NCBI GenBank assembly: GCA_028714095.1
Contig: JAQTMY010000001.1
Span: forward strand, 2,147-66,146
DNA from: Candidatus Nanoarchaeia archaeon
GTDB taxonomy: Archaea; Nanobdellota; Nanobdellia; SCGC-AAA011-G17; JACPNG01
Reading direction: 5' to 3'
Length of the DNA: 64,000 nt
Shown: piece by piece, positions 1 through 10,059 of the stretch
Layout: each line of letters starts with the position of its first letter
Position numbering within the stretch: position 1 is the first letter of the stretch
The notes under the pieces: model-generated
Told to the model about the DNA's origin: nothing
What the model saw: only the letters and a program-made list of their open reading frames with translations
Databases searched by the model: none
Translations under genes and position numbers: made by a program

Positions 1-662
1 CAATCCTGTTGAGATTCCGGCTAAAACTCCAAATAAAACAACCTTCCAGTTTTCCTTGCTCTTAAAACCAACAAAATAAAAGTAAAATGCCATAAACATG
101 AAAACAGTAGCTAGTCCTTCCTTGTCAGAAGACCCAAACATTCCTTTGTATAAAAATGTAGGAATAACTGTTAAAAAAGCAGAGGCAATTATCGCCAGTT
201 TAGTATTAAACAATTTCTTCATTAATAAGAAGAAAAATATCAAACCGATTCCAAACGCGATCGGAGGGTAAATATTAACAGCATATTCTAAAGTCAGGTC
301 AGGATTAAAGAAATCCAAGAACTTATACAGATAAACCATGAAATGAGTTAGAAGGCTGAATTCAACCAGGTTTGGAAATCCTAAAGGAAAATTCCTCATA
401 TAATCAACGCTCATCAAATTACCATTTTCATTCAAATACCTCGCATATCTCAGGAAAGCATGAGGATCCAAGTCAATAGTCACATAATTTCCTGTTGTAG
501 CATCTATTGTAAGAGGCATATTCAAGATTCTTACATAAAACCCAAACACAATAAGAATAATTAAGATACCATAAATAATCCAGTTCTGGTGTTTTTTAAA
601 CTTTTCAAAAATCTCTTTTTTTCTTACTTCCAGAACCTCTTTAGACTCGTTTTCCTCTGTCA
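1..662 (-). CDS. aglB: oligosaccharyltransferase AglB/STT3, N-terminal part (gene continues beyond window start)
   Basis: Minus-strand ORF starting at ATG 660-662 and running off the window. TM1 is followed by ...YVRILNMPLTIDATTGNYVTIDLDPHAFLRYARYL...VDYMRNFPLGFP. This matches the AglB/STT3 first external loop (DxD...YxxxR, then the DPF.YYPYG-like segment). Multi-pass hydrophobic continuation. Confidence 0.55.
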
Positions 663-728
663 TCAAGAAAATAACCCCAAAGATAGTTTAAATAATTATT
701 GGTTAAGAAAAACAAATTTAGAAAATAC

Positions 729-1217
729 CTATTCTAATTTAAAATCATCAGAGAAAATATTCCTTATCCCCCCATAGTCTAATCTATGAACTAGATTATA
801 ATCCTGGGCATAATAATGTTGTTTATGTTCAATTAAATTCTTCTTGAAAAGATAAATTATATCAAAAGGATAGGTTTTATCAACAGAATAAAGTCTTACT
901 GGGTCTTTCAGTGGATATCTAGCAGAAAAAGATACATCTCCCTCTTCTCTCAGAGAAAATTCTATGGCTCCATATTTAGGAAAAACAACAATAGTAGGGT
1001 TTACTATTTGAATACTACATTCGCTCCTTCTTGCCAGATCTGTAAAGAAATAGTTAAGAATGACTCCTTCTTCATCTAACGATCTAACATTCTTCAGTAT
1101 CTGTCCAAGAACTTGGGTAACCTGTTCTAATGAAGGTGCTTTTTTATAAACTGAAGATTTAATAAGTTCTTTCTGGTCTAAAGCTTCCAAATGGGATATT
1201 TGTAATACATTTTCCAT
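729..1217 (-). CDS. hypothetical protein (no signal peptide), immediately upstream of aglB
   Basis: 162-aa ORF from the track. No recognisable motif. Confidence 0.35.
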   Translation of the reverse strand: MENVLQISHLEALDQKELIKSSVYKKAPSLEQVTQVLGQILKNVRSLDEEGVILNYFFTDLARRSECSIQIVNPTIVVFPKYGAIEFSLREEGDVSFSARYPLKDPVRLYSVDKTYPFDIIYLFKKNLIEHKQHYYAQDYNLVHRLDYGGIRNIFSDDFKLE

Positions 1218-1336
1218 GCCCCAACCAAACCAAAAAGATTAATAAACGTTTCTATAACCAAGGATTATTAGCCCAAAAAAAACCAGGTAAAACTATTACA
1301 ATAATACTTATAAATAATTGTTTCAGAAACTAGCTT

Positions 1337-3130
1337 ATGAAAGCCATAATTCTAGCAGGAGGCCAGAAGATTAAGGATAAAGGCAGAGAAATTCCTAGTC
1401 CTCTTGTTGATCTTAATGGAAAAAAGTTCCTGGAATATCAGATAGAATCTTTAAAAAAAAGCTACATAAATGACATTATATTATGTGTTAGTTCAAAAAA
1501 AGAAATTGAAGAATATTTCCATGATGGCTCAAGCCATGGTGTAAAATTAACCTATTCAGAAGAATTAAACCCATTAGGAACTGCTGGGGCAATAAAAAAA
1601 ATATCCAAATTAATTGGGGATGAGACCTTTATAGTCCTTAACGGAGACGTTTATTTTGAAGATGGCCTAAAAGACCTTATTGAAAAACACAGATACAATA
1701 AGGAGAAAGAAAATATCTTACTCACAGTAGGTTATGTAAAGGTAGAAAACAGCAAAGCCCTGATTGCTGGTTTGATTGACTCAGAATATATTATTAAAAC
1801 CCTCTTAAAAGAAAAAGTAATGGACTTTAATAATTTAACAAACTCTGGAGTTTATATCCTTGAACCTATTATTTTATCTTTCATAAAAGAAAATGAAAAA
1901 GTCTCGTTGGAAAGCCAGACTTTTCCATTGCTTTATGAAAAAAATCTCGTAGCAGGAGAATTATTAGCAGCAAAATATTTTGTTGATATCGGAACAATTG
2001 AAAGACTAAAAAGTTTCAGAGTTTACTTAAAAAATCCAGTAAAGCAGATCCCTGTAGCAGAAATCTTCCTTAATGGCAAGGAATTAGATTATCTTAGCGA
2101 TTGCCTAAACACAAACTGGATATCCTCTGCAGGTGAATACATTAAGGAATTTGAGGATGGTTTTGCAAAATTCATAGGCTCTTTATATGGAGTTGCAACA
2201 AATAACGGAACATCAGCGATTCATCTTGCTCTTGCTGCAGTCGGCATAGAAAAAGGAGATGAAGTTATAGTTCCTTCCTTGACATTTATCTCAACAGCAA
2301 ATGCAGTAAAATACTGCAATGCAGTTCCTGTATTCATAGACTCAGATAGATTCTCTTGGAATATTGATCCTAAAAAAATAGAGGAAAAGATAACAAGTAA
2401 AACAAAAGCAATAATTGTTGTTCATCTCTATGGAAATCCCTGCGACATGAATCCTATAATGGAAATAGCAAGAAAACATCATCTTATTGTTATTGAGGAC
2501 GCAGCAGAAGCGCATGGAGCAGAATTCAAAAACCAAAGAGTCGGTTCTTTCGGAGACATATCCTGCTTTAGTTTTTATGGAAACAAGATAATAACAACAG
2601 GAGAAGGAGGGATGTGTCTTACAAATAATAAGGATTTGGCTGATAAAATGAAATATTTAAGAGACCATGGGATGGCTCCTGAAAAAAAATACTGGCATGA
2701 TTCAATTGGATTTAATTTCAGGATGACCAATATGCAGGCAGCAATAGGATTGGCTCAACTGGAAAAAATAGACGAATTAGTTTCTAAAAAAGTCGAGAAT
2801 GCTAACTTTTATAATAAAAATTTATGCAACGTTAAAGGAATAACTCTGCCTCCACTAACCCCAATGTCAAAAAACGTCTACTGGATGTATACAATCCTTA
2901 TAGAAAAAGAATATCCTCTTTCAAAACAAGAGCTTGAAAAAAAATTATTGGAAAATGGGATAGATACCAGACCAGCCTTTTATCCAGTCACTTTAATGCC
3001 CCCATACAAAACAAATGAAAAATTCCCAGTGGCAGAAGAAATATCAAGAAAAGGTTTAACTCTACCATCATCAATAAAACTGACAGAAGAACAAATAAAC
3101 TTTATTTGTAATATAATAAAAAATAACTAA
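1337..3130 (+). CDS. bifunctional sugar-1-phosphate nucleotidyltransferase / DegT-DnrJ-EryC1 family PLP-dependent sugar aminotransferase (fusion)
   Basis: N-terminus MKAIILAGGQ...R..PSPLVDLNGKKFLEYQIESL...LGTAGAI is NTP_transferase-like. The C-terminal ~360 aa (LSDCLNTNWISSAGEYIKEFEDGFA...GTSAIHLAL...SFYGNKIITTGEGGM with the PLP-lysine) is typical of DegT/ArnB/PglE. Confidence 0.75.
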   Translation: MKAIILAGGQKIKDKGREIPSPLVDLNGKKFLEYQIESLKKSYINDIILCVSSKKEIEEYFHDGSSHGVKLTYSEELNPLGTAGAIKKISKLIGDETFIVLNGDVYFEDGLKDLIEKHRYNKEKENILLTVGYVKVENSKALIAGLIDSEYIIKTLLKEKVMDFNNLTNSGVYILEPIILSFIKENEKVSLESQTFPLLYEKNLVAGELLAAKYFVDIGTIERLKSFRVYLKNPVKQIPVAEIFLNGKELDYLSDCLNTNWISSAGEYIKEFEDGFAKFIGSLYGVATNNGTSAIHLALAAVGIEKGDEVIVPSLTFISTANAVKYCNAVPVFIDSDRFSWNIDPKKIEEKITSKTKAIIVVHLYGNPCDMNPIMEIARKHHLIVIEDAAEAHGAEFKNQRVGSFGDISCFSFYGNKIITTGEGGMCLTNNKDLADKMKYLRDHGMAPEKKYWHDSIGFNFRMTNMQAAIGLAQLEKIDELVSKKVENANFYNKNLCNVKGITLPPLTPMSKNVYWMYTILIEKEYPLSKQELEKKLLENGIDTRPAFYPVTLMPPYKTNEKFPVAEEISRKGLTLPSSIKLTEEQINFICNIIKNN

Positions 3131-3131
3131 A

Positions 3132-4193
3132 ATGAATTTTGTAATACAAAAGTATAAACACCCTTATAGTATCGGTGACTTATTCATAGCCCTAAACGGA
3201 TTATTCAAGGACTATTCTCCCTTACTTCTTGAAGAAATTAAAAAATACTACCCAAATGATCATATCTATCTAACAGACAAGGGCCGAGAATCACTGAATA
3301 TAATTCTTAAAAATTTAAATCTAAACGAGGGAGATGAAATTGCTATCCCCTCAAACGTATGCGAAGTGGTAATTGAGACAATTCTCTATAATAAATTAAA
3401 GCCATTAATAATTGACATAACAGACAATCTAACTTTAGATCCAAAAGACTTAGTGAAGAAAAAAACAGATAAAACAAAAGCAGTTATCGTAGTCCATCAT
3501 TTTGGAAACGTAGCAGACCTGGATGAAATAAAAAAATCAGGTTTAATCCTTATCGAAGATTGTGCTCAAACAACAGATGCAAAGTATAAAAATCAAATAG
3601 TAGGAAACTTTGCAGATTATTCCTTTAATAGTTTGGACATAACAAAACCAATATCAGCAATCTCTGGTTCTATCCTAATCTCAAAAAAACCATTAAACAT
3701 GAATCTTAAAAAAAGTTATGGCCTTAAATCCTTATTTGAACTTAAATTATTCATGATTTTAAACAACAAGATAGTATATAATCTGATAACAAAAAGATTC
3801 ATAACAGAATTAAAGAGAAAAGAGGCCTTAAAATTCAGAATAAAAAACAAAGCGATGTCTAAGGCAAGTATTGCTTTAGCTTATTCCCAGTATAAAAAAT
3901 ACAATAATAAAAAAAGATACAACCCACCAGAACAACTAAAAAATATCAAGGTTTATTCAGAGATAAATAATATTAAAAAACCATCTTTTAACGTGATTCC
4001 TGTAAAATTAAATCCTAAAAAGCTTAAAAAAATAATAGATTTACCTCAGCCAACCCCTCCATTAATTTATATGCCAAAATATAAGCAATATTATTCTGAA
4101 TGTCCAAACACAGAAAAGATATATAAAGAATTAACACTTCTTCCTACTCACACAGATTTATCTAAGATAAAATGGGAAAAATATATCATCTAA
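3132..4193 (+). CDS. divergent DegT-like aminotransferase-fold protein (possibly non-canonical or inactive)
   Basis: GDEIAIPSNVCEVVIETI...KAVIVVHHFGNVADLDEI...LIEDCAQTT...KNQIVGNFADYSFNSLDITKP aligns to the DegT family. The usual ...K..TGEGG segment is replaced by ITKPISAISGSIL. Confidence 0.45.
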   Translation: MNFVIQKYKHPYSIGDLFIALNGLFKDYSPLLLEEIKKYYPNDHIYLTDKGRESLNIILKNLNLNEGDEIAIPSNVCEVVIETILYNKLKPLIIDITDNLTLDPKDLVKKKTDKTKAVIVVHHFGNVADLDEIKKSGLILIEDCAQTTDAKYKNQIVGNFADYSFNSLDITKPISAISGSILISKKPLNMNLKKSYGLKSLFELKLFMILNNKIVYNLITKRFITELKRKEALKFRIKNKAMSKASIALAYSQYKKYNNKKRYNPPEQLKNIKVYSEINNIKKPSFNVIPVKLNPKKLKKIIDLPQPTPPLIYMPKYKQYYSECPNTEKIYKELTLLPTHTDLSKIKWEKYII

Positions 4194-4645
4194 TCAAAGA
4201 AGTAGCAAGATTAATTGCAAACCATTCTATAGGCAACGGTATAAGAAAAATATTTTTTAAAATCTCAGGGGTAAAGATAGGAAAAAAAGTATTCGTTAAT
4301 CAGGGCCTTGTTATAGTCGATAATGGAAAAAAGCATATGGTTATATTGGAGGATTATGTAACATTAGCTCCAAGAATAACAATAATAACAAGATCATCCC
4401 CTTATAACATTCATCCTTCATTAAGAAAAGAAGACCTCCCAATAAAAGAAGGTAAAGTAATAATTGGAGAAGGGTCCTGGATAGGAACAAATGTAACAAT
4501 ATTGCCTAATGTTAAAATAGGAAAATGCTGTATTATTGGAGCAAATTCTTTGGTAACAAAAGACATTCCTGATTACAGTATTGCATTTGGCATTCCTGCA
4601 AAGCCAATAAGAAATCTAAAAGATGGAAATAATAAACCTAAATAA
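4172..4645 (+). CDS. left-handed beta-helix (hexapeptide-repeat) sugar N/O-acetyltransferase
   Basis: IGEGSWIGTNVTILPNVKIGKCCIIGANSLVTKDIPDYSIAFGIPAKPIR hexapeptide repeats, as in PglD/WbpD/NeuD-like enzymes. Confidence 0.7.
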   Translation: MGKIYHLIKEVARLIANHSIGNGIRKIFFKISGVKIGKKVFVNQGLVIVDNGKKHMVILEDYVTLAPRITIITRSSPYNIHPSLRKEDLPIKEGKVIIGEGSWIGTNVTILPNVKIGKCCIIGANSLVTKDIPDYSIAFGIPAKPIRNLKDGNNKPK

Positions 4646-5678
4646 GGAAAATGAAAAAGTATGGGATGATTATCTTGAAAAAAATTCCCGTTCCTCTATA
4701 TTCCATACTCTTGAATGGAAAAACATAATAGAAAAAACCTATAACTTTAAACCTCTTTATTTCTTAGCAATAAATAATAACGAGGTAAAAGGGATTATAT
4801 GCTCTTTTCTAACCTCCAGTTTAATTTTTGGAAAGAAAATAGTCTCAACCCCATTTAATTTTTACAATCAGCCTTTGTTTGAAGATGAAGAAGCAGGGAA
4901 TTTATTGATAAACAAACTAAAAGAGATTGGTTTAGAGGAAAAGGTAAAATACATTGAATTAAAAGCTCTGGAAGATCTAAAAATCCAGAATAATGAACTA
5001 AAAAAGCATCCCCATTATTTTATTTCTAATCTAAAGCTTGAAGACACAGAAGAGAAAATAGAGGCAAAATACTATGACAGATTAAGAAAAAATCTAAGAA
5101 CACTAAGAAGAAACGCTGAAAAGAACAACATTAAAGTAGATTTTTCTGACAAGGAAGAGGATCTGAAACAATTCTACAATGTTTTGGTTAAGATATACAG
5201 GGATAAGCATAACATGATTTGCCAACCCTATTCATTGTACAAGAATATGAAAGAAATTTTCAAAGAAAGGTTTAAGTTATTAACCGCAAAGGAAAATGAT
5301 AAAGTTATAGCCGGAATGATTCTTCTATTTTTCAAAGATCAGGCAGTCTACGCTTATGGAGCCTCCAACTTAAAATATAAAACATTAAGTCCAGGAACTG
5401 TTTTAATAGACTATGCAATAAAATTCTGCTCCAAGAACAATTATAAGACTCTTGATTTCGGGGTAACAAGCCAGTCTCAAACCGAATTGTTAAGCTTCAA
5501 GCAAAACTGGGGCACAACAGAGCACAAAATGCCTTATTATTATATTCCAATAACCCAGAAAGAAATCAATCCTCCTGATTACTATACCTATATGAAAAAT
5601 CTCAGAAAACCTTTTAAGTACGTTCCATTGCCAATTATCAAATTAACGTCCCCAATAATCACAAAACAACTAGGTTAA
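4623..5678 (+). CDS. FemAB-like / GNAT (Acetyltransf_6-like) acyltransferase
   Basis: About 350 aa. N-terminal ...SSIFHTLEWKNIIEKTY... resembles the S.FQS..W signature of FemAB-family GNATs. Confidence 0.45.
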   Translation: MEIINLNKENEKVWDDYLEKNSRSSIFHTLEWKNIIEKTYNFKPLYFLAINNNEVKGIICSFLTSSLIFGKKIVSTPFNFYNQPLFEDEEAGNLLINKLKEIGLEEKVKYIELKALEDLKIQNNELKKHPHYFISNLKLEDTEEKIEAKYYDRLRKNLRTLRRNAEKNNIKVDFSDKEEDLKQFYNVLVKIYRDKHNMICQPYSLYKNMKEIFKERFKLLTAKENDKVIAGMILLFFKDQAVYAYGASNLKYKTLSPGTVLIDYAIKFCSKNNYKTLDFGVTSQSQTELLSFKQNWGTTEHKMPYYYIPITQKEINPPDYYTYMKNLRKPFKYVPLPIIKLTSPIITKQLG

Positions 5679-5766
5679 ATACCTATTAAAACAAAGGGAA
5701 TACCCTTTTTTGGAATAGATTTCTATAGTTTTCTAAATTAAACAAAAATTAGGAAGGAAGGAAGAT

Positions 5767-6366
5767 ATGCCAAAACATCAAATAGTGTTTTTTGGACCAA
5801 GGATTATTTTTGAAGAAGTACTCAAAAAAATTCCAAGAGAATTAAAAAAAGAGGCAAAAATAATTCTCATCGATTCAAGAAAAAAAGCAGAAAAACTTGC
5901 AGAGAAGCATATAAAAGATGCTCTAAGAAAGATGGGGGTACTAAGAAAAATACTCGTAAGTATGACGAGTATGAAGAGGCTCTATAAACTAAGTCCTCTG
6001 GAAAGACAGTTCAGCATAAGAAAAGACCGATGGGATCTAATTATCTTCATACTAGAAAGAAAACCTCAGAAAGTACTAAAAATACCTTTCGGAACTCAAT
6101 ATGTAATAGGGTCAGAAGCAGAAGCACTTGACCTCTATGTCTATTACATGAATTTTATTGTGACTGTTGTAGAAGATAGACTTCATCTCGAATACAAAGG
6201 CGAAGATCTTTCTAAAGAAGCAAAGAAAATGAATATCCAATACACTTGGACTGTAGAAAGCTCTAATGAATTAAATCCTAATGAGAATGAATTCAAGAAG
6301 CTTTGTGATACAATTGCAAAAGATATAGAAAAAGTACTCGAAGAAGTTAGAACTTTTAAAAAATAA
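5767..6366 (+). CDS. hypothetical protein
   Basis: 199-aa ORF preceded by a GGAAGGAAGG Shine-Dalgarno-like sequence. No motif recognised. Confidence 0.4.
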   Translation: MPKHQIVFFGPRIIFEEVLKKIPRELKKEAKIILIDSRKKAEKLAEKHIKDALRKMGVLRKILVSMTSMKRLYKLSPLERQFSIRKDRWDLIIFILERKPQKVLKIPFGTQYVIGSEAEALDLYVYYMNFIVTVVEDRLHLEYKGEDLSKEAKKMNIQYTWTVESSNELNPNENEFKKLCDTIAKDIEKVLEEVRTFKK

Positions 6367-6378
6367 TTCTTAACAACC

Positions 6379-6418
6379 AATCCCGCTCCCTCTTTTTAGA
6401 AGGGAGCACTTTTTTTCA
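6379..6418 (+). terminator. hairpin plus T-tract terminator
   Basis: GCTCCCTC-ttttta-GAAGGGAGC stem-loop followed by TTTTTTT. Confidence 0.4.
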
Positions 6419-6489
6419 ATCTAAATATATACATATATAATAAATAAACCACAACTATCTTTAAATAATACTAATCCAAGAAAAATATC

Positions 6490-7197
6490 ATGAAAATTTC
6501 AGTCTTGCTTCCAACCTACAATGAATATGGAAATCTAAAGCCTTTAGTGGAATCAATAAGAAACTCTCTTTCTGAATTCAATCACGAAATAATCATTGTT
6601 GATGATCTAAGCCCGGATAATACCTGGAAACTCGCAGAAGAGCTTGAAAAAAAATACAAAAACGTAAAAGCAATAATAAGAAAAGATGAAAGAGGTTTAG
6701 CTACTGCATTAATGAGAGGCATTAAAGAATCAACAGGAACCCATATTGTTTTCATGGATACAGATTTTAATCACCCTCCAGAATTATTAAAAAAAATGGC
6801 TCATGAATTAAATTACTATGACTTGGTTATAGGCTCAAGATTTGTAAAAGGAGGAGGCGGAGGAGAAATGTCAAAGCTCCAGCATCTTTTAAGTAAAATA
6901 TTAAATTATTACATAAAAGTCATGCTCTCATTGGATGCTAAAGAATCAACTTCAGGTTATTTCATAATCAAAAAATCAATTCTGGATAAATTACCTTTGG
7001 AAAGAGTATTTACTGGTTATGGAGATTATTTCTTTAGGTTGTTATATTTAACAAAAAAACTGGGGGTTAAAACAACTGAAATCCCAGTAAGATATGGGAA
7101 AAGAACCTATGGAGAAAGCAAAACAAGAATTTTAAAGATGGGCTGGAATTATGGAACTGGAGCATTAAAGGTAAGATTGTTTGGGGTAAACAAATAA
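6490..7197 (+). CDS. GT2 polyprenyl/dolichyl-phosphate sugar synthase (DPM1/GtrB-like)
   Basis: MKISVLLPTYNEYGNL...IIIVDDLSPDNT...KAIIRKDERGLATAL...HIVFMDTDFNHPP, the classic Dol-P-Man synthase-like GT2 core. Confidence 0.8.
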   Translation: MKISVLLPTYNEYGNLKPLVESIRNSLSEFNHEIIIVDDLSPDNTWKLAEELEKKYKNVKAIIRKDERGLATALMRGIKESTGTHIVFMDTDFNHPPELLKKMAHELNYYDLVIGSRFVKGGGGGEMSKLQHLLSKILNYYIKVMLSLDAKESTSGYFIIKKSILDKLPLERVFTGYGDYFFRLLYLTKKLGVKTTEIPVRYGKRTYGESKTRILKMGWNYGTGALKVRLFGVNK

Positions 7198-7211
7198 CTT
7201 TTTCTAACGAG

Positions 7212-7610
7212 CTATTTTTGTTTATTTAATTTTTTCTTTTCTAGCCAGCCTATTAAAAACAAAATTCCTATTAAAAATGCAGGCCCTGCGATTATTAGCG
7301 ACCAAGACAACATATATATCTGGAAGGATGCACTCATTAACAATCCTGCAATGTAAAGTATTCCAGCTAAAATAAAAACAATTGAACCAACCCATTCATG
7401 CTTCCAGGATATTATTAAGATAATTAACAGGATTATTACTGGAATATTATGCATAAACAATCCTAGGATTGTCCCCCAAAACCCATAATTTCCTTCAAAT
7501 ATATCTAAAGAAAAAACAGCTAAGAATAATATAAACAAAATTGCCAATATCCTTGGGGCCCAGAATATGAATCTATTAATTTTAGTCATCTCTTCATTGA
7601 TAACATTCAA
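7212..7610 (-). CDS. small 4-TM membrane protein (GtrA-like flippase-associated protein is possible)
   Basis: 132 aa, entirely hydrophobic helices. Sits adjacent to the GtrB-like GT2. Confidence 0.35.
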   Translation of the reverse strand: MNVINEEMTKINRFIFWAPRILAILFILFLAVFSLDIFEGNYGFWGTILGLFMHNIPVIILLIILIISWKHEWVGSIVFILAGILYIAGLLMSASFQIYMLSWSLIIAGPAFLIGILFLIGWLEKKKLNKQK

Positions 7611-7645
7611 GACTTTATAATCTTAACTGCTTGTTTGTATAAACC

Positions 7646-7843
7646 TTAATCCACAAAAACAAGGAATAAACCCATAATAAATAAAAAAATGCCAACAATC
7701 CTAAACATAATTATTAAATTTTTTTCAGTATAAAATTTCCTATATATTTTACAGGCCCCTTTGCCAATATTTTTATTTTTAAAAAAGAATAGCAGTCCAA
7801 TTAAGGATAAGACTATCCCAATAACTAATTGTGAGGTTTCCAT
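7646..7843 (-). CDS. small membrane protein
   Basis: 65-aa hydrophobic ORF. Confidence 0.25.
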   Translation of the reverse strand: METSQLVIGIVLSLIGLLFFFKNKNIGKGACKIYRKFYTEKNLIIMFRIVGIFLFIMGLFLVFVD

Positions 7844-7884
7844 TATGTTAACAACTAATCTCAGTATATAATCTTTTCTAAAAA

Positions 7885-8238
7885 TCAGGTCATTGAATTG
7901 TTGATACTCTCTGTTATTATATTCTGGATGTCAACACCGGCAATCCTTAAACCCAGGAATATAACCTGTTTTAAGAGCATGTAGATTAAGATAAAAATTG
8001 CCAGGATTATTAGTTTTCTTACCCAAGGTTTTAATTTGGAGAGAAAAGGGAATTTTTTGCTCAAAAAATTGTCTAGTTTCCCATAAAATTCCTCTTTCAA
8101 GAGGATAAACAACAAAAGAACAATTCCCATCAGGATAATAAAATATAAAGGAAGACCTAATCTATAAAACATATACAACAAGACTATCAAAAGCAAGATT
8201 CTGAGATACTCTTTCCATCTTATCCTTGCCTCTTTCAT
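7885..8238 (-). CDS. small membrane protein
   Basis: 117 aa with 3 predicted TM helices. Confidence 0.35.
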   Translation of the reverse strand: MKEARIRWKEYLRILLLIVLLYMFYRLGLPLYFIILMGIVLLLFILLKEEFYGKLDNFLSKKFPFLSKLKPWVRKLIILAIFILIYMLLKQVIFLGLRIAGVDIQNIITESINNSMT

Positions 8239-8477
8239 CTCTTCTTCAGCTTTCTAATCATGTCTATTATAGCCAATAAAACTCCAATCCCCATCAAACT
8301 GTAACTAACTAATCTACTATCTCCAAAAATAATTCCTGCAAGGACAAATGCGAAAGCAACACCTGCTAATGGAGTAAGTTTTTTCTCTTTCTTGTCCTTC
8401 CTTATAAAAAAGGCAAAAATAGCTATTATTAACAAGATGATTATTGAAAGTAAAATATAAAATTGTGATGCTTCCAT
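8235..8477 (-). CDS. small membrane protein
   Basis: 80 aa with 2 TM helices. Has a 4-nt overlap with the downstream gene. Confidence 0.35.
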   Translation of the reverse strand: MEASQFYILLSIIILLIIAIFAFFIRKDKKEKKLTPLAGVAFAFVLAGIIFGDSRLVSYSLMGIGVLLAIIDMIRKLKKR

Positions 8478-8521
8478 TAGACTAACAATAATTCTTAGTT
8501 TATATTCCTATCTAAATATAA

Positions 8522-10003
8522 TCATTCAGCATAAAACAAACAATAATTTCCTTTTTCTTTGATTAAAGTTAATCCACAGCCTTCAACTTGTTCACAAGAT
8601 TTATCATAAGCAATAATAGAAGAAATATTCAAGGATTTAATAATCTCCTTGAATTCATCGCATTCATTCTCATTCAGATGTTTTTTAGGATCCATTAATT
8701 TATTCCAGTATTCTTCACTTGGAATCTGAGGATAAAATCCAAACGCACTTTCAACATCATAATAAACCGGAAGATAGGCATCATAACTTCTTGGATGAGA
8801 GGTTATAGGAGCAGTCTCTAGAACAATAAACTTGCTTGTAACATAAGGAAATAATTCTAATGCATCATATTCATCCTGAGTATATTCAGTAAAATAAGGA
8901 GTTTTAAAGTGGCTAATTAAGATGCTTGCAATAATAATTAAAATTAAAACAACAGGAATTGATTTTTTTAATAAATTAGAACAACTCTCCCAATCTAATC
9001 TCAAGAATACAAGCAGTATTATCATCAGGAAAAACATAATATATGGATCCTGTGAAATATTTTTTAATAAAGGAACTAAAGGAGTAACTCTAAATAAGAA
9101 TAATATTCCCAATAAAACAGAAGGCAGGAAAAATAAGAACTCTTTCTTGGACTTTTTCTGTTTTAAGTAAATAAAGATTAAAACCAAAAAGACTAGAGCA
9201 ACAATAAAAGCGGTAATATTAGTCAATAACTCTCTGTTAATTCCAAGCCATAACCATTCTCCCTGTACCTGTTCTAATAATCTGGAGTTTTTCAGGTTTA
9301 ACAAAAAAGGAACCCACCAAAACGAAGTTATTGCCAGAGCTATTAATCCAGAAATTCCTATTTTGATTATATCCTTAAACCTCCTAGCTAAAATAAATCC
9401 TAAAACAAGGAATTGGGCTAAGAACATTTCCTGCTGATGTGACAATATTATTGGTATCTCAAGTAATATAAAATAAACAAAAAATTTCAGGTTAAGCTCT
9501 CTCTTGAGATAATAAAGCAACAAGACAAATAACCCCAAAGTAAAGACAATCCCAAACATTGTAGGCATTCTTCCCTGTCTAATCAGATTTCCAATAGCTA
9601 CAGCATTTCCAAAATACAATAAAAAGTAAAATAATATCTCAGAAAATTTCCATTTCTCATTCTTTCCTAGAATATAAATAAAGATAAATGCTACAACAAA
9701 CATCAGTATCCACGAAATCCAGGTAGCAGTCAAAACATTATTGGTTAAAACATACCAGGGATAGGCAAAAAACTGCCATCCAGGCGTATAACTGTGAAAA
9801 GACATAAACCCATTAAACCAATAAGGACATAGGTTGTTAAAACCGCACTTGCCCAGGAAAAACAAAGATGCCATGTAGGAAGCTACATCGTTTGTATAAT
9901 TCAAAGGAAATATTTTTAATAATTTAGATTGGTCTACAATCCTATATAAGAAATATCCACCTAGCATAAAGTTCAAAATCCAAAAAAATTTATCCCTTCT
10001 CAC
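8522..10003 (-). CDS. polytopic membrane protein, GT-C-like glycosyltransferase candidate
   Basis: 493 aa with more than 10 TM helices. Lies in the glycosylation locus. Confidence 0.4.
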   Translation of the reverse strand: MRRDKFFWILNFMLGGYFLYRIVDQSKLLKIFPLNYTNDVASYMASLFFLGKCGFNNLCPYWFNGFMSFHSYTPGWQFFAYPWYVLTNNVLTATWISWILMFVVAFIFIYILGKNEKWKFSEILFYFLLYFGNAVAIGNLIRQGRMPTMFGIVFTLGLFVLLLYYLKRELNLKFFVYFILLEIPIILSHQQEMFLAQFLVLGFILARRFKDIIKIGISGLIALAITSFWWVPFLLNLKNSRLLEQVQGEWLWLGINRELLTNITAFIVALVFLVLIFIYLKQKKSKKEFLFFLPSVLLGILFLFRVTPLVPLLKNISQDPYIMFFLMIILLVFLRLDWESCSNLLKKSIPVVLILIIIASILISHFKTPYFTEYTQDEYDALELFPYVTSKFIVLETAPITSHPRSYDAYLPVYYDVESAFGFYPQIPSEEYWNKLMDPKKHLNENECDEFKEIIKSLNISSIIAYDKSCEQVEGCGLTLIKEKGNYCLFYAE

Positions 10004-10059
10004 TCACTAAAACCTACTAACAAAATTTATAAACATTTAGGTAACAAACAACAAGGAAA

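Noticed and set aside
589-777. Track ORF on the plus strand (62 aa).
   Set aside because: It is antisense to the aglB N-terminus and start region. It is low-complexity and spurious.
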